DNA of 64,000 nucleotides from a virus (Duplodnaviria; Caudoviricetes): IMG/VR virus record IMGVR_UViG_2617271064_000003, positions 7,035 to 71,034 of that record; one strand, 5' to 3'. Shown piece by piece: positions 20,461 to 30,456 of this stretch (position 1 is its first letter; each line of letters starts with the position of its first letter). The notes under the pieces were generated by a model. It saw only the letters and a program-made list of their open reading frames with translations, ran no database searches and was not told where the DNA came from. The position numbers and the translations under genes were made by a program.

Positions 20461-21642
20461 TTAAGGCGTGACCAAGGGGCCAGTAACGAATGCTTCGTCG
20501 CGGTAGATCGCGAACGCCAAGCGCTCCTCGGCGCGAATCGTCGCCATGTTGTTTTCGAAGTCCTTATCGTTCTCGGTCGAGATCAGCACTTCGATTTCCA
20601 TGCGGTCGAAGATCTGCGCGCCGAGCTTGAAGGCGCCTACCAGGAAGTCGTTCTGGGTCATGGCCTGAGTCGAAACCACCGGGCGATTCCAGAGTTTCGC
20701 GTTGGTGCCTTCCTGAGGCTGACCGATGATGTACCGGCCCTCGCCATCCTTGGTCAGCTCAATGGCCGCCCAGTCGATGGGGTTCAACACGATGCCATCC
20801 GAAGGGAAGTCGGCCAGCTCAGCTTGCAGCAGCGCCAGGCGCAGACGGTCGATCCGTTGCTCACCCACCACTGTCAGACCGGCCTGCGGCGCATACAGCT
20901 GTGCGACCGTGACAAGGCCCTGCAGGTTGGCACCCGTGCCGTTGCCGTAAAGCAGCTGGGCTTCTTCCGCCATATTCAGGCCGTAACGAGCGCGCCCATC
21001 GATGTAGCTCTGCAGCGCCTTGGCATCGTCGAGCATCTGCCGGCTAGCCTTAAACAGGTGGGCAATGGTTCGTACGTTCGCGGTGGTGAGTGCGAAGGTG
21101 ATGTCGGAGTACGGCTTGGCGGTGTTCTCCGCGACAGTACGCGCGTTGTTGGTGAATCCGGTCTCGCGAATGTACTCGATGGAGTTCGACTCGGTCTGGC
21201 CAGGCGCCACCAAATCGCGAATGGTCAGCCGACGCTGAGGGGGAGCAACGACGCCACCCAAACGCTCAGCAGGCACCAAGTCGCCGCCGGTTGCAGTGGT
21301 AATTGCCGCACGCGGCACGGACACACGGCGCGAGCCGCGGAAGGACGAGTTCATGTCCTGCATTTCTTCGCTACCGATCACCAGAGCGCCGACCGACTTC
21401 TGCGGCTCGTCCTGGTTGCCGCGATCACGGCTGGCGTTGACCAGCTTTTGCTCGGCTTCCTGCAAGCGCGCCGACACCTCGCCCTGCTTGGTCAACAGCT
21501 CGTCGACCTTGGCGCGGGTTTCGGCGTTCATCTCACCAGAGGCCTTGATCTGCTTTTCGGTGGCTTCGGCCTGGGCCTTGATCTGGTCGCCAATGCCCTT
21601 GAGGGTGGCGTTGAATTCCTTGACTTGGGCTTCGTAGTCCAT
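20461..21642 (-). CDS. Major capsid protein (HK97 fold)
   Basis: Coiled-coil delta domain, RRLTIRDL, EEAQLLYGNG, TIRAEERLA. Confidence 0.97.
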   Translation of the reverse strand: MDYEAQVKEFNATLKGIGDQIKAQAEATEKQIKASGEMNAETRAKVDELLTKQGEVSARLQEAEQKLVNASRDRGNQDEPQKSVGALVIGSEEMQDMNSSFRGSRRVSVPRAAITTATGGDLVPAERLGGVVAPPQRRLTIRDLVAPGQTESNSIEYIRETGFTNNARTVAENTAKPYSDITFALTTANVRTIAHLFKASRQMLDDAKALQSYIDGRARYGLNMAEEAQLLYGNGTGANLQGLVTVAQLYAPQAGLTVVGEQRIDRLRLALLQAELADFPSDGIVLNPIDWAAIELTKDGEGRYIIGQPQEGTNAKLWNRPVVSTQAMTQNDFLVGAFKLGAQIFDRMEIEVLISTENDKDFENNMATIRAEERLAFAIYRDEAFVTGPLVTP

Positions 21643-21644
21643 GG

Positions 21645-22502
21645 TCACTTTCCTTTAAGAGAATTGAGGAGATTGGTTGCCGCGCTCAGTGAGGCGGAGA
21701 GGTCTGGCGCGGCAGCGCTTGGCGTGCCGGTCGGAACAGCGCGCGGCGTGTTCCCGCTGGTAGCGCGAGGCATGCCAGATTTGAAAGTGGCGAAGAGTTC
21801 GCGGCGCTCGGAGCGCGGCATGCCGGCCTTGGCCAGGGCTGCGTCCATGGCCTTGAGTGCATTGGCCTGGCCGACCTCCTCGGTCTCGCGCTCGGTGACC
21901 TCGGTCGCGGCCAGCAGGCCGGTGGCCAGCCCCAACTCCACCGCGCGCTTACCACGGATGAACGTCTCATCATCCATCAGCTCGGCCATGTCCTCGACGG
22001 ACTGTCCGCTGGTCTCGGCATAAAGGTCGGCCATGGCGGCGTCGAACTCTTCCATGTCGTCCGATACGTCGCGCAGGTAGTGGCGATTACCGGAGAGGAA
22101 GGTCCAGCAGTTGTGAATCATCAGGAAGGCGCTGCTGGCCACTTGGCGCTCAGCACCGGCTAGGTAGATGATCGAAGCCGCGCTGGCGGCCATGCCCAGC
22201 ACCTTGGTAGTGACCTTCTGGCTGTGCTCGCGCAGGCGGTTGTAGATGGCGATGCCTTCGAACATATCGCCGCCGGGCGAGTTGATATAGACCGTCACCT
22301 CGCGGTCCCCGATGGCACGCAGCGCTGCATCGATGCGTTTGACGGTCACGCCCTCCCCGTACCAGTCTTCGCCGATCACGCCGTAGATGGTGATGGTCTC
22401 CGATGTGTTTTCCACGGCCGCCTGGATGGCGGGGTTCCATTTGTCGAGCGCACGCGGGCTCATCTCGCTGCGCAGGCCGCGAGACTGGATCTTGTGTTTC
22501 AT
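21645..22502 (-). CDS. ClpP-type prohead protease
   Basis: YINSPGGD, GMAASAAS, LMIHN. Confidence 0.95.
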   Translation of the reverse strand: MKHKIQSRGLRSEMSPRALDKWNPAIQAAVENTSETITIYGVIGEDWYGEGVTVKRIDAALRAIGDREVTVYINSPGGDMFEGIAIYNRLREHSQKVTTKVLGMAASAASIIYLAGAERQVASSAFLMIHNCWTFLSGNRHYLRDVSDDMEEFDAAMADLYAETSGQSVEDMAELMDDETFIRGKRAVELGLATGLLAATEVTERETEEVGQANALKAMDAALAKAGMPRSERRELFATFKSGMPRATSGNTPRAVPTGTPSAAAPDLSASLSAATNLLNSLKGK

Positions 22503-22505
22503 GGG

Positions 22506-23807
22506 TTACTCCCCGGAGTTGCTTTGGAGCCAGTTCATCAGCGCCGCGCGTGCGGCTTGGCTGTCGTTTTGTTTGCCCAGCTGGTCAAGCGGCACCAGGT
22601 TCGATTGCACGGTGAGGATGTCGCCGCCAGGCATGCTTGGCAGGTTCTCTTTGTGCCGGCCCTCGTTTCGGGTCATGTAGCCGTTTTGGCCCATAGTGCT
22701 CAGATAGGCGGCACGGCCGGCACTATCGGCGCGCAGGAAGGCTTCCAGCGAAAATTCCGAGTAGTGCTTGATCCGGTCCACTGCCGTCATGCAGCGCTTA
22801 TTGACGCACTGCTCGATGGGGGCCGTGTACGTCATGATGCAGTAGGTCAGGAACGCGATCTGCTGCTGCTCAAGACCTGTGCCCCAGTTGCTGCCCTTGT
22901 CAGTTTTCATCACCATCCAGGGCGGCACGCCGAACCAACGACAAATCTCCTCGATGCTGTGCCCACGCGACTCGAGCAGCTGAGCGTCAGCCGGGTTGAT
23001 GCCGATCATCTCGGGCTTCACGCCCTGCTCGAGCACCGGGCTCTTACCCGCATTCAGCGCACCCGAGATCGTCTTGACGTAGTCGCGGAACTCGGCACGC
23101 TGCGTAGGGTTGAGCGTCTTGTCCACCGAGAAGGCTACGGTGGGCATCATCCCGTTCTTGAAGGTGGTGTTGGCCGCATCGTCGGCCGACATGGCCGAGC
23201 CGAATACGTCCGCGCCGTAGCGAATCGCCGACAAACCCATCCGGCCGTCCAGAGTAAAGGCCGGGATGTGCAGCATATCTGCCCGCTCGATCTCCCGGCG
23301 TGCCCCCTTGCGTGGCTGGAAGAAGTAGCGCAGTCGTCCATCGTCGTCCGGCTCCGGGGTTACCCGCGAAGGCATCAGGAAGTCGAGGGCAATGACCCGT
23401 CCACCGGCCCGGTGAATCTCGCAATAGGCATTGCCCCACAGCAGCATCGAAGCAACAACCGCCTGCCAGAAGTGGAAAGCCGCCATGTCCTCGTTCGGGC
23501 TGTTGTGCACCACGTCGTAGAGCGGGAAGTCTCGCGCCGTCTCGCGTCCGCCGTCCGGGAGGCGTCGGTAGATGCTGAGCGGCAAGCCTGCGACCGAGGT
23601 GGAAATGATCCGCACGCAGGCCCAGACCGCCGACAGGCGCATGGCTTTGTCGACTGTGACCGCCTTGCCGCTGCTTGACTGGGCGCCAGAGAAGGCGCTC
23701 CAGAACCCACCGTCCGACAGACGAATGGTTTTGCCCAGCCAGCTGCTCATGCTCGCCGAGGGCTTGGCCGCAGCGGTACCGAGCGCTTGAGAGAGGGTTT
23801 TAATCAC
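22506..23807 (-). CDS. Portal protein (HK97 family)
   Basis: AVWACVRIIS, LLWGNAY, EEICRWFGVPP. Confidence 0.97.
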   Translation of the reverse strand: MIKTLSQALGTAAAKPSASMSSWLGKTIRLSDGGFWSAFSGAQSSSGKAVTVDKAMRLSAVWACVRIISTSVAGLPLSIYRRLPDGGRETARDFPLYDVVHNSPNEDMAAFHFWQAVVASMLLWGNAYCEIHRAGGRVIALDFLMPSRVTPEPDDDGRLRYFFQPRKGARREIERADMLHIPAFTLDGRMGLSAIRYGADVFGSAMSADDAANTTFKNGMMPTVAFSVDKTLNPTQRAEFRDYVKTISGALNAGKSPVLEQGVKPEMIGINPADAQLLESRGHSIEEICRWFGVPPWMVMKTDKGSNWGTGLEQQQIAFLTYCIMTYTAPIEQCVNKRCMTAVDRIKHYSEFSLEAFLRADSAGRAAYLSTMGQNGYMTRNEGRHKENLPSMPGGDILTVQSNLVPLDQLGKQNDSQAARAALMNWLQSNSGE

Positions 23808-23961
23808 TGCTCAGCCCTCGGCGGATGAACGCTGCGATGCTGAACAGGCTGACGGAGCCGGCGAGCAAGGCCCAGCCAGTGCCCGCCAGAATCCAGACTC
23901 CTGCGCAAGCTAGGCCGAACCCGCACACCGCGCAAATGATGAAATAGTGAAATGCGTTCAT
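23800..23961 (-). CDS. Small hydrophobic protein between terL and portal (53 aa)
   Basis: MNAFHYFIICAVCGFGLACAGVWILAGTGWALL; overlaps both neighbours. Confidence 0.65.
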   Translation of the reverse strand: MNAFHYFIICAVCGFGLACAGVWILAGTGWALLAGSVSLFSIAAFIRRGLSSD

Positions 23962-25383
23962 GCGATCAGTGGGTCCCGAATGCCAGCCATGAAGTTATCC
24001 ATTCCCCCTCGGCCTTCAGGATTGAGGCTGATCAGAGAAACGGCGTTGAAAGTAGCCATCAGCGGGTCAATCTTTGCTGTGCCCGAAGCCTGCTTGGTAA
24101 TCAAGAACGCATTGGCCGATGGCACCCCTTTGGCGTTACCGCAAGACCAGGCCATCAACGGTTGGCCGCAGTGCAGGAGCGTGCCTTCGGCAAGCTTGCG
24201 CTCTGTCGTCTTGATTGCGCCGGTGAGCTTCCAGCCCTGGGAGATGCCGACGATCTTGTCTTCCTCGACCTCAGCATCCGCCAAGGCATCAAGAACAGAG
24301 CCAATCCCTGCAGGGTCGAGACCCACCTTATCTAGAAGACCTGTGGCATTGACCCGGGCCACAATAGCCGCGAACTGCGCTACGTCGTCACCGATACGCT
24401 CGACGATGGTGAGGTCACCTGCTTTCTCCAGGTCTCTGAGGCGTGGCGCCTCAGATTTGCGCCGTTCAAGAACAGAAGGATGTGCCCAAGCGTGAGCCCA
24501 GTGGAACCACCTGCGGGTACCAGCCTCCCGCCCGATCACTGCTAGCCCGAGCAGGTCATCAAGACCCCCTCCATCACCACCCACATCGACCACCTCGCAC
24601 CTGGTGAGGATTTCATCAAGGTTCAGCCAAGTAGCAGCTTGAGCCTCCCAAAACTCCGCGCCGACCCATGCGTCCGACATCAGCGCGAGGCCGATCTCGA
24701 TATTGAGATGCTTGGCTAAAAATCCGCGAAGCTCAGCCTCGCCATCCAGTTCAGCCTGCATGAACAGGCGTTCTAGGGTGGGGCGATCGACCGAGTATTC
24801 AATGTTGGGGTTCACCAGATGGAAGTTTTCAGGCTTCCGCGCCTCTCCGCTTTTGATCATCTCCTTCGAGAATTCGTAGATGATCGGCAGGAAGCGGTTG
24901 TCGTCGATTCGACCATCCCGCACGCCCCGAGCATAGGTCAGCTTCGACTTGAAAACGCCTGCTGGCGGCTCGTTCGACTGCGTCGTAAGCCAGATGATGA
25001 AGCCCTCAGGCCGTGACAGCAGGCCACCGGTAGCCTCTCGAATCATGTCGGCCGCTTTCGGGTTCTTGCCGAACAGCCAGGCTTCGTCGATCAGGACACC
25101 AACTGCCTTCTTGCCGCCCACCACGTCGCTATCGGCTGCTACCACTTTCAAGGTCGCGCCAGTCTCGCGATGAGTGATCAATCGCAAGTGTGGCTGCACG
25201 TGCAACAACGCTTTCAGCTCGTCGTCGTTGTTGACCATGTCCTTGGCCGGGATGAACGAGTTGTCGGCAATCTCCTTGGTCGGCGCCAAGATGATGAACT
25301 CCGCCGAAAGCCGCCAGTTGCGGATCAGTGCAGTCAGCATGATCCCAGCGGCGATCGTAGATTTGCTGTTCTTTTTAGGGATG
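23958..25383 (-). CDS. terL: Large terminase, C-terminal part (gene interrupted by the satellite)
   Basis: IPKKNSKST Walker A, VLIDE Walker B, C-terminal KIDPLMA nuclease motif; lacks its N-terminus. Confidence 0.95.
25369..25383. repeat. Satellite att core, left copy (TTCTTTTTAGGGATG)
   Basis: Identical 15-mer at 39146-39160; minus strand encodes IPKK and the first two bases of the N codon of TerL. Confidence 0.95.
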
Positions 25384-25437
25384 TCAATACGAAGCCGCAG
25401 GCCCCTTCTAATAATGCTTCGAGCATCATGGCGGCAC

Positions 25438-25461
25438 AATGTACCCCCTTAGATACCCCCA
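25438..25461. promoter_or_regulatory. Putative integrase arm-binding sites, left end
   Basis: AATGTACCCCC and AGATACCCCCA match AGATACCCCCA/AATGTACCCCC at the other end (38983-39007). Confidence 0.7.
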
Positions 25462-25600
25462 CTGTGACGATGGTGATATGCTTAAATTCAGAGTTTTTTA
25501 AACTGAACGTCAAAATAAGATCGCTACTGAAATTTGAAGGTCGCGCTCGAAAAGCGCCAACCTGCGCAACGTGATGAGCCCGGCTGGAAGGACGCCACCA

Positions 25601-27883
25601 ATGACAAGCTATGATTTCCAACAGCTTTCCCCAAATGACTTCGAGGTGCTTTCTCGAGACCTTATTCAGGCTCGAGATCAGATCACCCTTGAATCCTTTA
25701 AGTCTGGAAGAGATGGCGGAATAGACTTCCGGATTGCCCAAGGATCAAAAAACACAATTGTGCAATGTAAGCACTATAGTGGCACCGGCTTCGCTGGATT
25801 GTTGAGCAGCCTAAAAAAAGAAACGATTAAGGCTCAAAACCTGAGCCCAGATCGATATATCTTAGTAACATCGGTAGGATTGACCCCAGAAAACAAGTCC
25901 ACGATTACAAAAATATTTGGCCCAATACTTTCGACAAGTGACATCATCGGCCGAGACGACCTGAACAACCTGCTAACCCTGTTCCCAAAAGTCCAACTTA
26001 CACACTACAAACTCTGGCTCGCAAGTAAGATCGTACTAGATAGAGTTCTTTTTAATGCCTCTATTACGCAAAGCGAGTTCGATGCACAGCGTGTCCATCG
26101 AGACATTCAGCGATATGTAAGCAGCGCAGCATTCCCTAGGGCGCTGACAATGCTTAAAAAAGAGCATGTCGCAATCATCTCCGGCGCTCCAGGGGTCGGC
26201 AAAACAACCTTAGCGAAAATGCTAATCTTCCAATTTCTCGACCAGGGCTACGAACTTATATCCATTGTAGAAGGGTTCCGGAGCGCCCGAGAGCGCTATG
26301 ATAAAAATATAAAGCAAATATTTTATTATGATGATTTTATTGGAGCCACTTTCCTTGGTGAGAGCGGTTCGTCTTTCACAAGAAACGAAGACCGCGAGAT
26401 CTTGGACTTTATCGAGCTAGTGCAAAGCTCCACCAATTCAGCCCTCATAATGACCACGCGAGAACACATTTTACGACAAGCGATTTCAATATCGGAAAAG
26501 CTTAAGCACTCCACCATTATTGATAGGCACTGCGTCCTCGAGATATCGGACTATTCGCAGCACGAGCGGGCGCTAATCCTATATAACCATATATATTTCA
26601 GCAAACTACCAAAAGAGTACAGATCAGCACTTCTAAAGGATCGCTTCTACACCAAAATTGTTAAGCATGCCAAATTCAATCCCAGACTTATAGAATGGTT
26701 ATCATCTTACTATCGAGTCAAATCGGTGCCCGCGGAACACTATCAAGAATTCATAACAAACCTGCTTGACAATCCCGCTGAGATTTGGGCTCACGCTTAC
26801 GAGAATCAAATTAGTGATGCAGCTAGATCCGTACTTTTAGCGCTCTACCTATGCGGCGGGAGAACTGATGTAAGAAACTTGGAGAGATCGTATAGCGCTC
26901 TCCATGTTATTCGATCAGTACATTACGGATTCCGTACTCAACCATCAGACTGGCGGAGGGCGCTAGCGGAAGTAAATGGGTCCTTCATTCGACCAGGAGC
27001 CAAGATCGAATTCATCAACCCTTCTGTGTTAGACATGTTGAACAAAGTAATTCGAGAAGACACTTCCAACTTCCTCGATATATTAGATGCTACCGAAAAC
27101 TTCCCTCAGCTTCGACGTCTGTGGTTTTTTGCTCAAGCAGAAGGTAGCGGGAGGCTCTTGAGCCAACTAAAACGCGATCCGGATCACCTGGCAAAAACAC
27201 TCGATAGAATCATTAATAAAACGCCTGCCACTGAATACAATCCCGAAACTCACTTCTATTACTCTAATACATTAGAAGCAAGAACCGAGACAGTCTTGCA
27301 AATCACCTCATCAATTAGCTCTGATAGAATTCAAAAAATTGCGTTAAATTGCCTGAAATCTCTTACAAACTCATGGTCAAAAAAAACCGCCAATATAATC
27401 AGCGGCGTCGATGTCTTTAAGCAGCTAAACAAAAGCAATTCCCTCCCCACAAACCTCAAAGATCTTTATCTAGACCTTATCATAGACACCCTGCTGGAAC
27501 ACTCACTGAATGAAGTCCGCTCGAATGATCTTTGCTCACTTCTAGATATCATTGACAAGCGTCCTAGCACTTTGCGCTCTGACACTCTTGCAAAGGCAAT
27601 TGAACAATATCTAGACGATTACTTCAGGGAAGAGCTCTCAGAACTCAGCTCAGTATCAGAGTTTGAGTCTTTCGAGCAAGACCTTATTACTCTAGGCAAC
27701 CAAATAGATGTTGACATTTCCTCTGAACGCACTTGGATTTCTGAAAAAATTAGTGAGCTCGAGGCTTATCATGACGAACAGTCTTCTTATGCTTATGAGA
27801 GCTGGAAGGAAAGCAGAGGATCCTATCGGGAGTCTGAGCCATCTATTGATGAGCTATTCAACACTCTGAGCGGTTCAGATTAA
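25601..27883 (+). CDS. Mrr-like restriction endonuclease fused to a STAND-like (nSTAND3-type) NTPase; candidate antiphage protein
   Basis: LSPNDFEVL...GRDGGID...VQCKHY nuclease motif; GAPGVGKTT Walker A; YYDDFIG Walker B; MTTRE; AT-rich. Confidence 0.8.
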   Translation: MTSYDFQQLSPNDFEVLSRDLIQARDQITLESFKSGRDGGIDFRIAQGSKNTIVQCKHYSGTGFAGLLSSLKKETIKAQNLSPDRYILVTSVGLTPENKSTITKIFGPILSTSDIIGRDDLNNLLTLFPKVQLTHYKLWLASKIVLDRVLFNASITQSEFDAQRVHRDIQRYVSSAAFPRALTMLKKEHVAIISGAPGVGKTTLAKMLIFQFLDQGYELISIVEGFRSARERYDKNIKQIFYYDDFIGATFLGESGSSFTRNEDREILDFIELVQSSTNSALIMTTREHILRQAISISEKLKHSTIIDRHCVLEISDYSQHERALILYNHIYFSKLPKEYRSALLKDRFYTKIVKHAKFNPRLIEWLSSYYRVKSVPAEHYQEFITNLLDNPAEIWAHAYENQISDAARSVLLALYLCGGRTDVRNLERSYSALHVIRSVHYGFRTQPSDWRRALAEVNGSFIRPGAKIEFINPSVLDMLNKVIREDTSNFLDILDATENFPQLRRLWFFAQAEGSGRLLSQLKRDPDHLAKTLDRIINKTPATEYNPETHFYYSNTLEARTETVLQITSSISSDRIQKIALNCLKSLTNSWSKKTANIISGVDVFKQLNKSNSLPTNLKDLYLDLIIDTLLEHSLNEVRSNDLCSLLDIIDKRPSTLRSDTLAKAIEQYLDDYFREELSELSSVSEFESFEQDLITLGNQIDVDISSERTWISEKISELEAYHDEQSSYAYESWKESRGSYRESEPSIDELFNTLSGSD

Positions 27884-27963
27884 TATTTTATGCCAGCGGC
27901 GCTTTAGTTGAGAGCGACTCCAAACCCGCCTTGACTCACATCCTAAACTAATATTCGCCTAAG

Positions 27964-27986
27964 GGTGTCCTCAAACTGAGGACACC
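27964..27986. repeat. Palindrome GGTGTCCTCA-aac-TGAGGACACC (copy 1 of 3)
   Basis: Perfect 10-bp arms; related copies at 29785-29812 and 34166-34179. Confidence 0.85.
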
Positions 27987-27995
27987 ACTGTTCAC

Positions 27996-28766
27996 TTATG
28001 GCTGCAACCACTCCTTGTCCGGCTTAGCTAGCAAGCGAGCATTGCCGTAGGCCCAGTCCAGCATCAGACAGGTCGCAGCCCGATAGAAGGTGTTGTGATC
28101 TTCAATCACCAGCGCCAAATCAGCTTTGGCGGGGTTGCCTATACACAGCGGAAGCATTAACTGAACTTTGCCTTTATAAAAATTTGGAACAGCTGTTTTA
28201 TAATTGCGCCGAACTCTCTCACGGGCATTGTCTATAACGCCTTTCAGAAGGGACTGTAAAACGTAATTCTCCATACCACAATATGGATGAGGAAAACGCT
28301 CTTTATTCTCAGAGACTATATGCTCAACATTAACCCGGAAATCTTTCCGATGATCGAACACGAGCACTGCTGGATCATCAAAATAATGAGCCATTTCCGG
28401 TAGGTATTCGAAACTATTTAAGTCGGCTTCACCTCGGCGTACGAACCGCTGAAAATACCAAGGCTGCCTAGCTCCAACGTTACGATTTTGGTTGAACAAG
28501 GCGTAAATCGGTTCTTGTGTAGGCGTTACTAGCCCTGTATTAAAAGTAACATGCTGACCGTCCCCAGCCAACTCTACCTTTTCTTCTTTGGCAAGGCGCT
28601 TGTATGTGTGTTTTAGATAGTTCCCTAAGATCGGCTTACGACCATCAGCCTCAGTGAACTGGTAATCCCAGTTTTCTGGCTCAGCCAAATCTGAAAGCTG
28701 GTCAAGCTTTTCATCCCAACCTGGGAAAAATGCGAAGTCGAACAAGTCTTCCGGTAGATCTTTCAC
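27996..28766 (-). CDS. DUF3825-like protein
   Basis: LAEPENWDY, FNTGL, AVPNFY...QLMLPLC, AYGNARLLAKP..EWL pattern. Confidence 0.75.
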   Translation of the reverse strand: MKDLPEDLFDFAFFPGWDEKLDQLSDLAEPENWDYQFTEADGRKPILGNYLKHTYKRLAKEEKVELAGDGQHVTFNTGLVTPTQEPIYALFNQNRNVGARQPWYFQRFVRRGEADLNSFEYLPEMAHYFDDPAVLVFDHRKDFRVNVEHIVSENKERFPHPYCGMENYVLQSLLKGVIDNARERVRRNYKTAVPNFYKGKVQLMLPLCIGNPAKADLALVIEDHNTFYRAATCLMLDWAYGNARLLAKPDKEWLQP

Positions 28767-29011
28767 TGGTCCACTCCTGTGCTTGAGAGGAGCTGTATAG
28801 CTAGGAAGATGTGCGGTGTCAATCTGCCACTAGACGGCAGTCAACACGATCGTGGCGCGTCGACCCAGCGGTCATCACGAGATGAAGAAGAGGTGCCAGA
28901 GGCAGCCATCAGTCATTTTTGCATTACAAGCGATCGTCACATAGGGCTCTGTTGAGCTCGGCACGGGCACCGCCTACCATGGAAGCAATTGGCCGCCACT
29001 GGGAGGGGAAC

Positions 29012-29749
29012 ATGATTTCGGCGATGATCGATGGGGAAAAGCGGCCTCCTATCCAGAAGGGAGAGCGGACGGCATGCGAGGGTTGCGGTGGGGTACTTAA
29101 CGCCGTCATGCCGCAATTCAACGCTGCGCACTGGAGACATAAGGGAGGTGACTGTGACCCGTGGAGCGAAGCGGAGGGCGAATGGCACAGGATGTGGAAG
29201 AGCTTGTTCCGCCCGGCGCATTGCGAGGTCTTCATGCGCGACCCCCACAGCCAGGAGATCCATAGGGCCGATGTGATGTGCCCTGGCGAAGGAGCAAAAG
29301 GTGTCGTACTTGAGCTTCAGCACTCACACATTTCCGAGGAAGAGCGTTCGGCTAGAGAAACATTCTACTCCAGGGAACACCGTATGTTTTGGCTCCTGAA
29401 TATGCACAGAACACCGTCTCTCGCGTTCAGCTTCGGCACCTGCTTGAGCTTTCAGGAAGCGAAAAAGGAAAGCTTTGGTGGTCGGGATTTCTACCACATG
29501 GAATGGATCATGCGTGGGTCGCTGCTCGATAAATGGAAGCAGTCACGGGCTCATGTATTCCTGAATTACGACGGTCATATCTACTACCTCGCAACCAACG
29601 CTGCTTGTCGCCCTATTGTTAGTCGGCAGGCCAAGGGACATTTCGCACTAGCTGCGTTGAGCATTCGAGAATTTCTCAGCGCAGTGTCTGGTGGAAATGA
29701 GTCAGCGATACAGCTACCGCCGCGGAGCGCAGCGGCAAAGGGCCAATGA
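29012..29749 (+). CDS. CoiA-like Zn-finger/PD-(D/E)xK nuclease
   Basis: CxxC, HWRH, EGEWHRMWK, HRADV...ELQHS. Confidence 0.75.
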   Translation: MISAMIDGEKRPPIQKGERTACEGCGGVLNAVMPQFNAAHWRHKGGDCDPWSEAEGEWHRMWKSLFRPAHCEVFMRDPHSQEIHRADVMCPGEGAKGVVLELQHSHISEEERSARETFYSREHRMFWLLNMHRTPSLAFSFGTCLSFQEAKKESFGGRDFYHMEWIMRGSLLDKWKQSRAHVFLNYDGHIYYLATNAACRPIVSRQAKGHFALAALSIREFLSAVSGGNESAIQLPPRSAAAKGQ

Positions 29750-29784
29750 TACGCACGCGGAAATGCAAACTTCTCCAGCGCGAC

Positions 29785-29812
29785 GAGGTATCCTCAAAAC
29801 TGAGGACACCTC
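29785..29812. repeat. Palindrome GAGGTATCCTCA-aaac-TGAGGACACCTC (copy 2)
   Basis: Near-identical to 27964-27986. Confidence 0.85.
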
Positions 29813-29856
29813 TAATTTCCCGTAGCTCGGGATGTTCGCAGTGATCCTGGCTCACT

Positions 29857-30456
29857 TTAAGCCTTGTCCTCTGCCACGATCGAGGCTGAGATGATAGCCC
29901 CGCCCCAGCGGCGGTGTCCGATGCAAATTGGCACGGGTAGGCCGCTGGCTGTGGTGTTCTTGGCGCTGCCAAAGGCGTAGCTCGCCATGTTCTCGGGCGA
30001 ACCGCTGTGGCTTAGCCCGCTGGTCTGTGGGCTTAGCATCTGCAGCACTCCACCGGCCACGTTAGCAATACCGGCGCCCATCAGGCCGGCAGCAAGGCCT
30101 CCTGAGGCGAATGAAGCAGCGACGATCAGCGCTACGCCAAGAACGGTCTGCAGCAGCCCGCCACGCTTGCTGCCATGTACCACTGGGACAAACCAGAGCT
30201 CCCTGGCCCCGCCCAGGTCAAGTTCGCCTTCGCTGATGTTCTTTCCATTCTTGAAAATGGCGAAGCGCAGCCCCTTCGCTTCAGAATCCGCCAGGTCACG
30301 GGCGAAGCCTGGGTGGTTGGCATCCAGCGCCTTGGTGGCCTCTCGAGCGTCGCCACGATCCAGCACGAAGTGGTGGTGCTTGCCGTACTTCTTGCCCAAG
30401 AAGCCGCCCAAGCGGATTTTGGTTTTTGGTGCGTAGTCGATCACGGCGGCATTCAT
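29857..30456 (-). CDS. Lambda gpI-like tail assembly protein (satellite-encoded)
   Basis: IRLGGFLGKKYG, PVVHGSKRGGLLQTVLG, LQMLSPQ, SYAFGSAKNTTASGLPVPICIG.RRWGGAIISASI. Confidence 0.88.
   Translation of the reverse strand: MNAAVIDYAPKTKIRLGGFLGKKYGKHHHFVLDRGDAREATKALDANHPGFARDLADSEAKGLRFAIFKNGKNISEGELDLGGARELWFVPVVHGSKRGGLLQTVLGVALIVAASFASGGLAAGLMGAGIANVAGGVLQMLSPQTSGLSHSGSPENMASYAFGSAKNTTASGLPVPICIGHRRWGGAIISASIVAEDKA

Noticed and set aside
20824-23678. Long plus-strand ORFs (399 and 484 aa), and similarly 31367-32467
   Set aside because: Antisense shadows of capsid, protease and portal genes caused by GC-rich codon bias.
23958-25439. The 493-aa ORF as a complete terminase
   Set aside because: Its first ~19 residues come from satellite DNA with a TTG start; the true N-terminus is at 39146-39414.
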